A stretch of 63,016 nucleotides of DNA, the filler included, from Lenisia limosa (Eukaryota; Protista; Breviatea): the NCBI GenBank assembly GCA_001655205.1. It is 11 parts of 11 records of this genome, joined end to end, with 100 filler letters (N's around TTAATTAATTAA, not from the genome) between each part and the next. Parts side by side here need not be neighbours in the genome. Positions count along the whole stretch, not along the records: positions 57,071 to 63,016 come from LPNZ01009686.1; 10 more parts are not named here. One strand, given 5' to 3'. The translations under genes were made by a program, and so were the position numbers. Below the pieces are notes generated by a model that was not told where the DNA came from, did not search any database, and was given only the letters and a program-made list of their open reading frames with translations. This document shows positions 61,853-63,016 of the stretch, one piece after another (within the stretch, counting starts at the first letter, position 1; every line of letters starts with the position of its first letter).

Positions 61853-63016
61853 ATGGGAGCTATTGTTCTCCCTGTTTGCTTCTTGGCAGTTGGTGTCCTT
61901 TGTATCATATCAGGACTCTTTGTTGGACTCTATGTTCTTCCCACTGCAGTTCAAGACGGTTTAGAATCTTCAGCTAAGGCGGATGACCCATCTTCTGACA
62001 GAATCGGTGGGTGGCATAGACAGCTATGTTATAATACAAATGCATTCTGCTTAATCCAATCAGCATGTATTCATTCGTGATTGTTTTAGCAAGTATGCAG
62101 GACCCTACTACGGCTGAGTACCCTCCAATTACCCAATCTCAATATGTTTTATGGGATGTGAAGAACAAGGACGCGTTTTTAGCAGGAGGTACCAATGTTT
62201 GCGGGTGTATTGAGGTTATCTCACGCTGTGCTTCACCTTCATCATGATATTGGAGGTATAATGAAAAATATCGCGAAATAGAAAGAATTTGAAGTGTCGG
62301 AAGTGTCTTGATATTCTGACCGCTTTCCCTTAAGCGTTCTGGACCCTTCTCTTCCATTTTTCAAATTAATGACAGCAATAAAGTAAAGTATACTTCGGCC
62401 CTTTGAAACACCCATCCCATTCAGAAATTTTCGCAAGACGATCGCAATATTGACGAATGTAGCTGGAAGTTGAACCAAAGGGCCCTTTCGTGTTTGATAC
62501 TCTCACGTACCACTTCGACATGAACTGGACTGATGACGGAAATGTCATTTCCTACCGCCGGTCTGACACTATGAAATTCAATGAGGTGTGTTTTGTTTGT
62601 TTTCAATATTCGTCATCATTCTTTGATACCTTTTATCTTTGGCACTTTTTGATCAGTCATAAAATCCTTTCAAATCACTGCTACCACCCCCTCTGAAACA
62701 TGGCCATTTACCACCAGGCCGAATCGACGGGAACTCTCGATGACGACATCACCCTCGTGACCGGCGCCTACAATGGAGCCGTCAAAACTGCGGGTAGCGA
62801 GACCGGCCTGATGTTCAACTTCGCCGCATCTGCCTTAGCAGCTGACATTGCGTTTGGCCAGTCCGCCGAGGGTGCTGCTGCGTTCGTAGGCATTGCACTT
62901 GGAGGGCAACTCAGTCAAGGCTATATGTGGGGGGGGGGGCTTAAGAATAATTCCTCTTTCCTATTTCAGAATTACATATACATTTGACTCTTTTGGCGAT
63001 TGGTTCTACTTTTATG
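61853..63016 (+). CDS. CD36 / LIMP-2 / SR-B family scavenger receptor, 5' part
   Basis: N-terminal TM MGAIVLPVCFLAVGVLCIISGLFVGLYVLP; QSQYVLWDVKNKDAFLAGG (cf. YFF.V.N...F..G); LEVEPKGPFVFDTLTYHFDMNWTDDGNVISYRRSDTMKFNE (cf. E.GPY.Y...DG..V.Y); STGTLDDDITLV. Confidence 0.88.

Noticed and set aside
1-63016. Apparent window-wide cluster of trafficking/lysosome genes (Rab, legumain, RAB3GAP1, EDEM, DOCK, WDR7, CD36)
   Set aside because: They lie on different contigs joined artificially, so there is no evidence of linkage.

Overview
Eukaryotic nuclear DNA: AT-rich, intron-dense, standard genetic code, GT-AG introns, probably a unicellular eukaryote (lineage not determinable here). The window is not one locus. 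Ten 100-bp spacers (44 N + TTAATTAATTAA + 44 N) join 11 short contigs/scaffolds, so gene order across spacers means nothing and most genes are truncated. Genes were recognised by splicing exons by eye, so exon boundaries are approximate. Recognisable genes: a divergent Rab GTPase, legumain, a DBP2/DDX5 helicase, a PI31-like protein apparently lacking its FP domain, a Maf pyrophosphatase, a PEBP, one RAB3GAP1 exon, an EDEM/GH47 mannosidase, a DOCK180-type GEF, WDR7, an AAAP/SLC38 transporter and a CD36/LIMP-2 protein. There is also a frameshift-ridden AAA_5/midasin-like frame and about 11 unassignable multi-exon genes, several secreted. The most unusual biology is in the introns, which carry three dispersed repeat families: (A) an ~85-100 bp TA-flanked MITE in >20 copies; (B) an ~120 bp element without TIRs carrying a conserved C(UUCG)G hairpin; (C) a modular element repeatedly flush against 3' splice sites, supplying their pyrimidine tract. 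Introns also tend to carry G-runs after donors and C-runs before acceptors, and most contigs contain a tight head-to-head gene pair. No rRNA, tRNA, CRISPR array or transposase was found.
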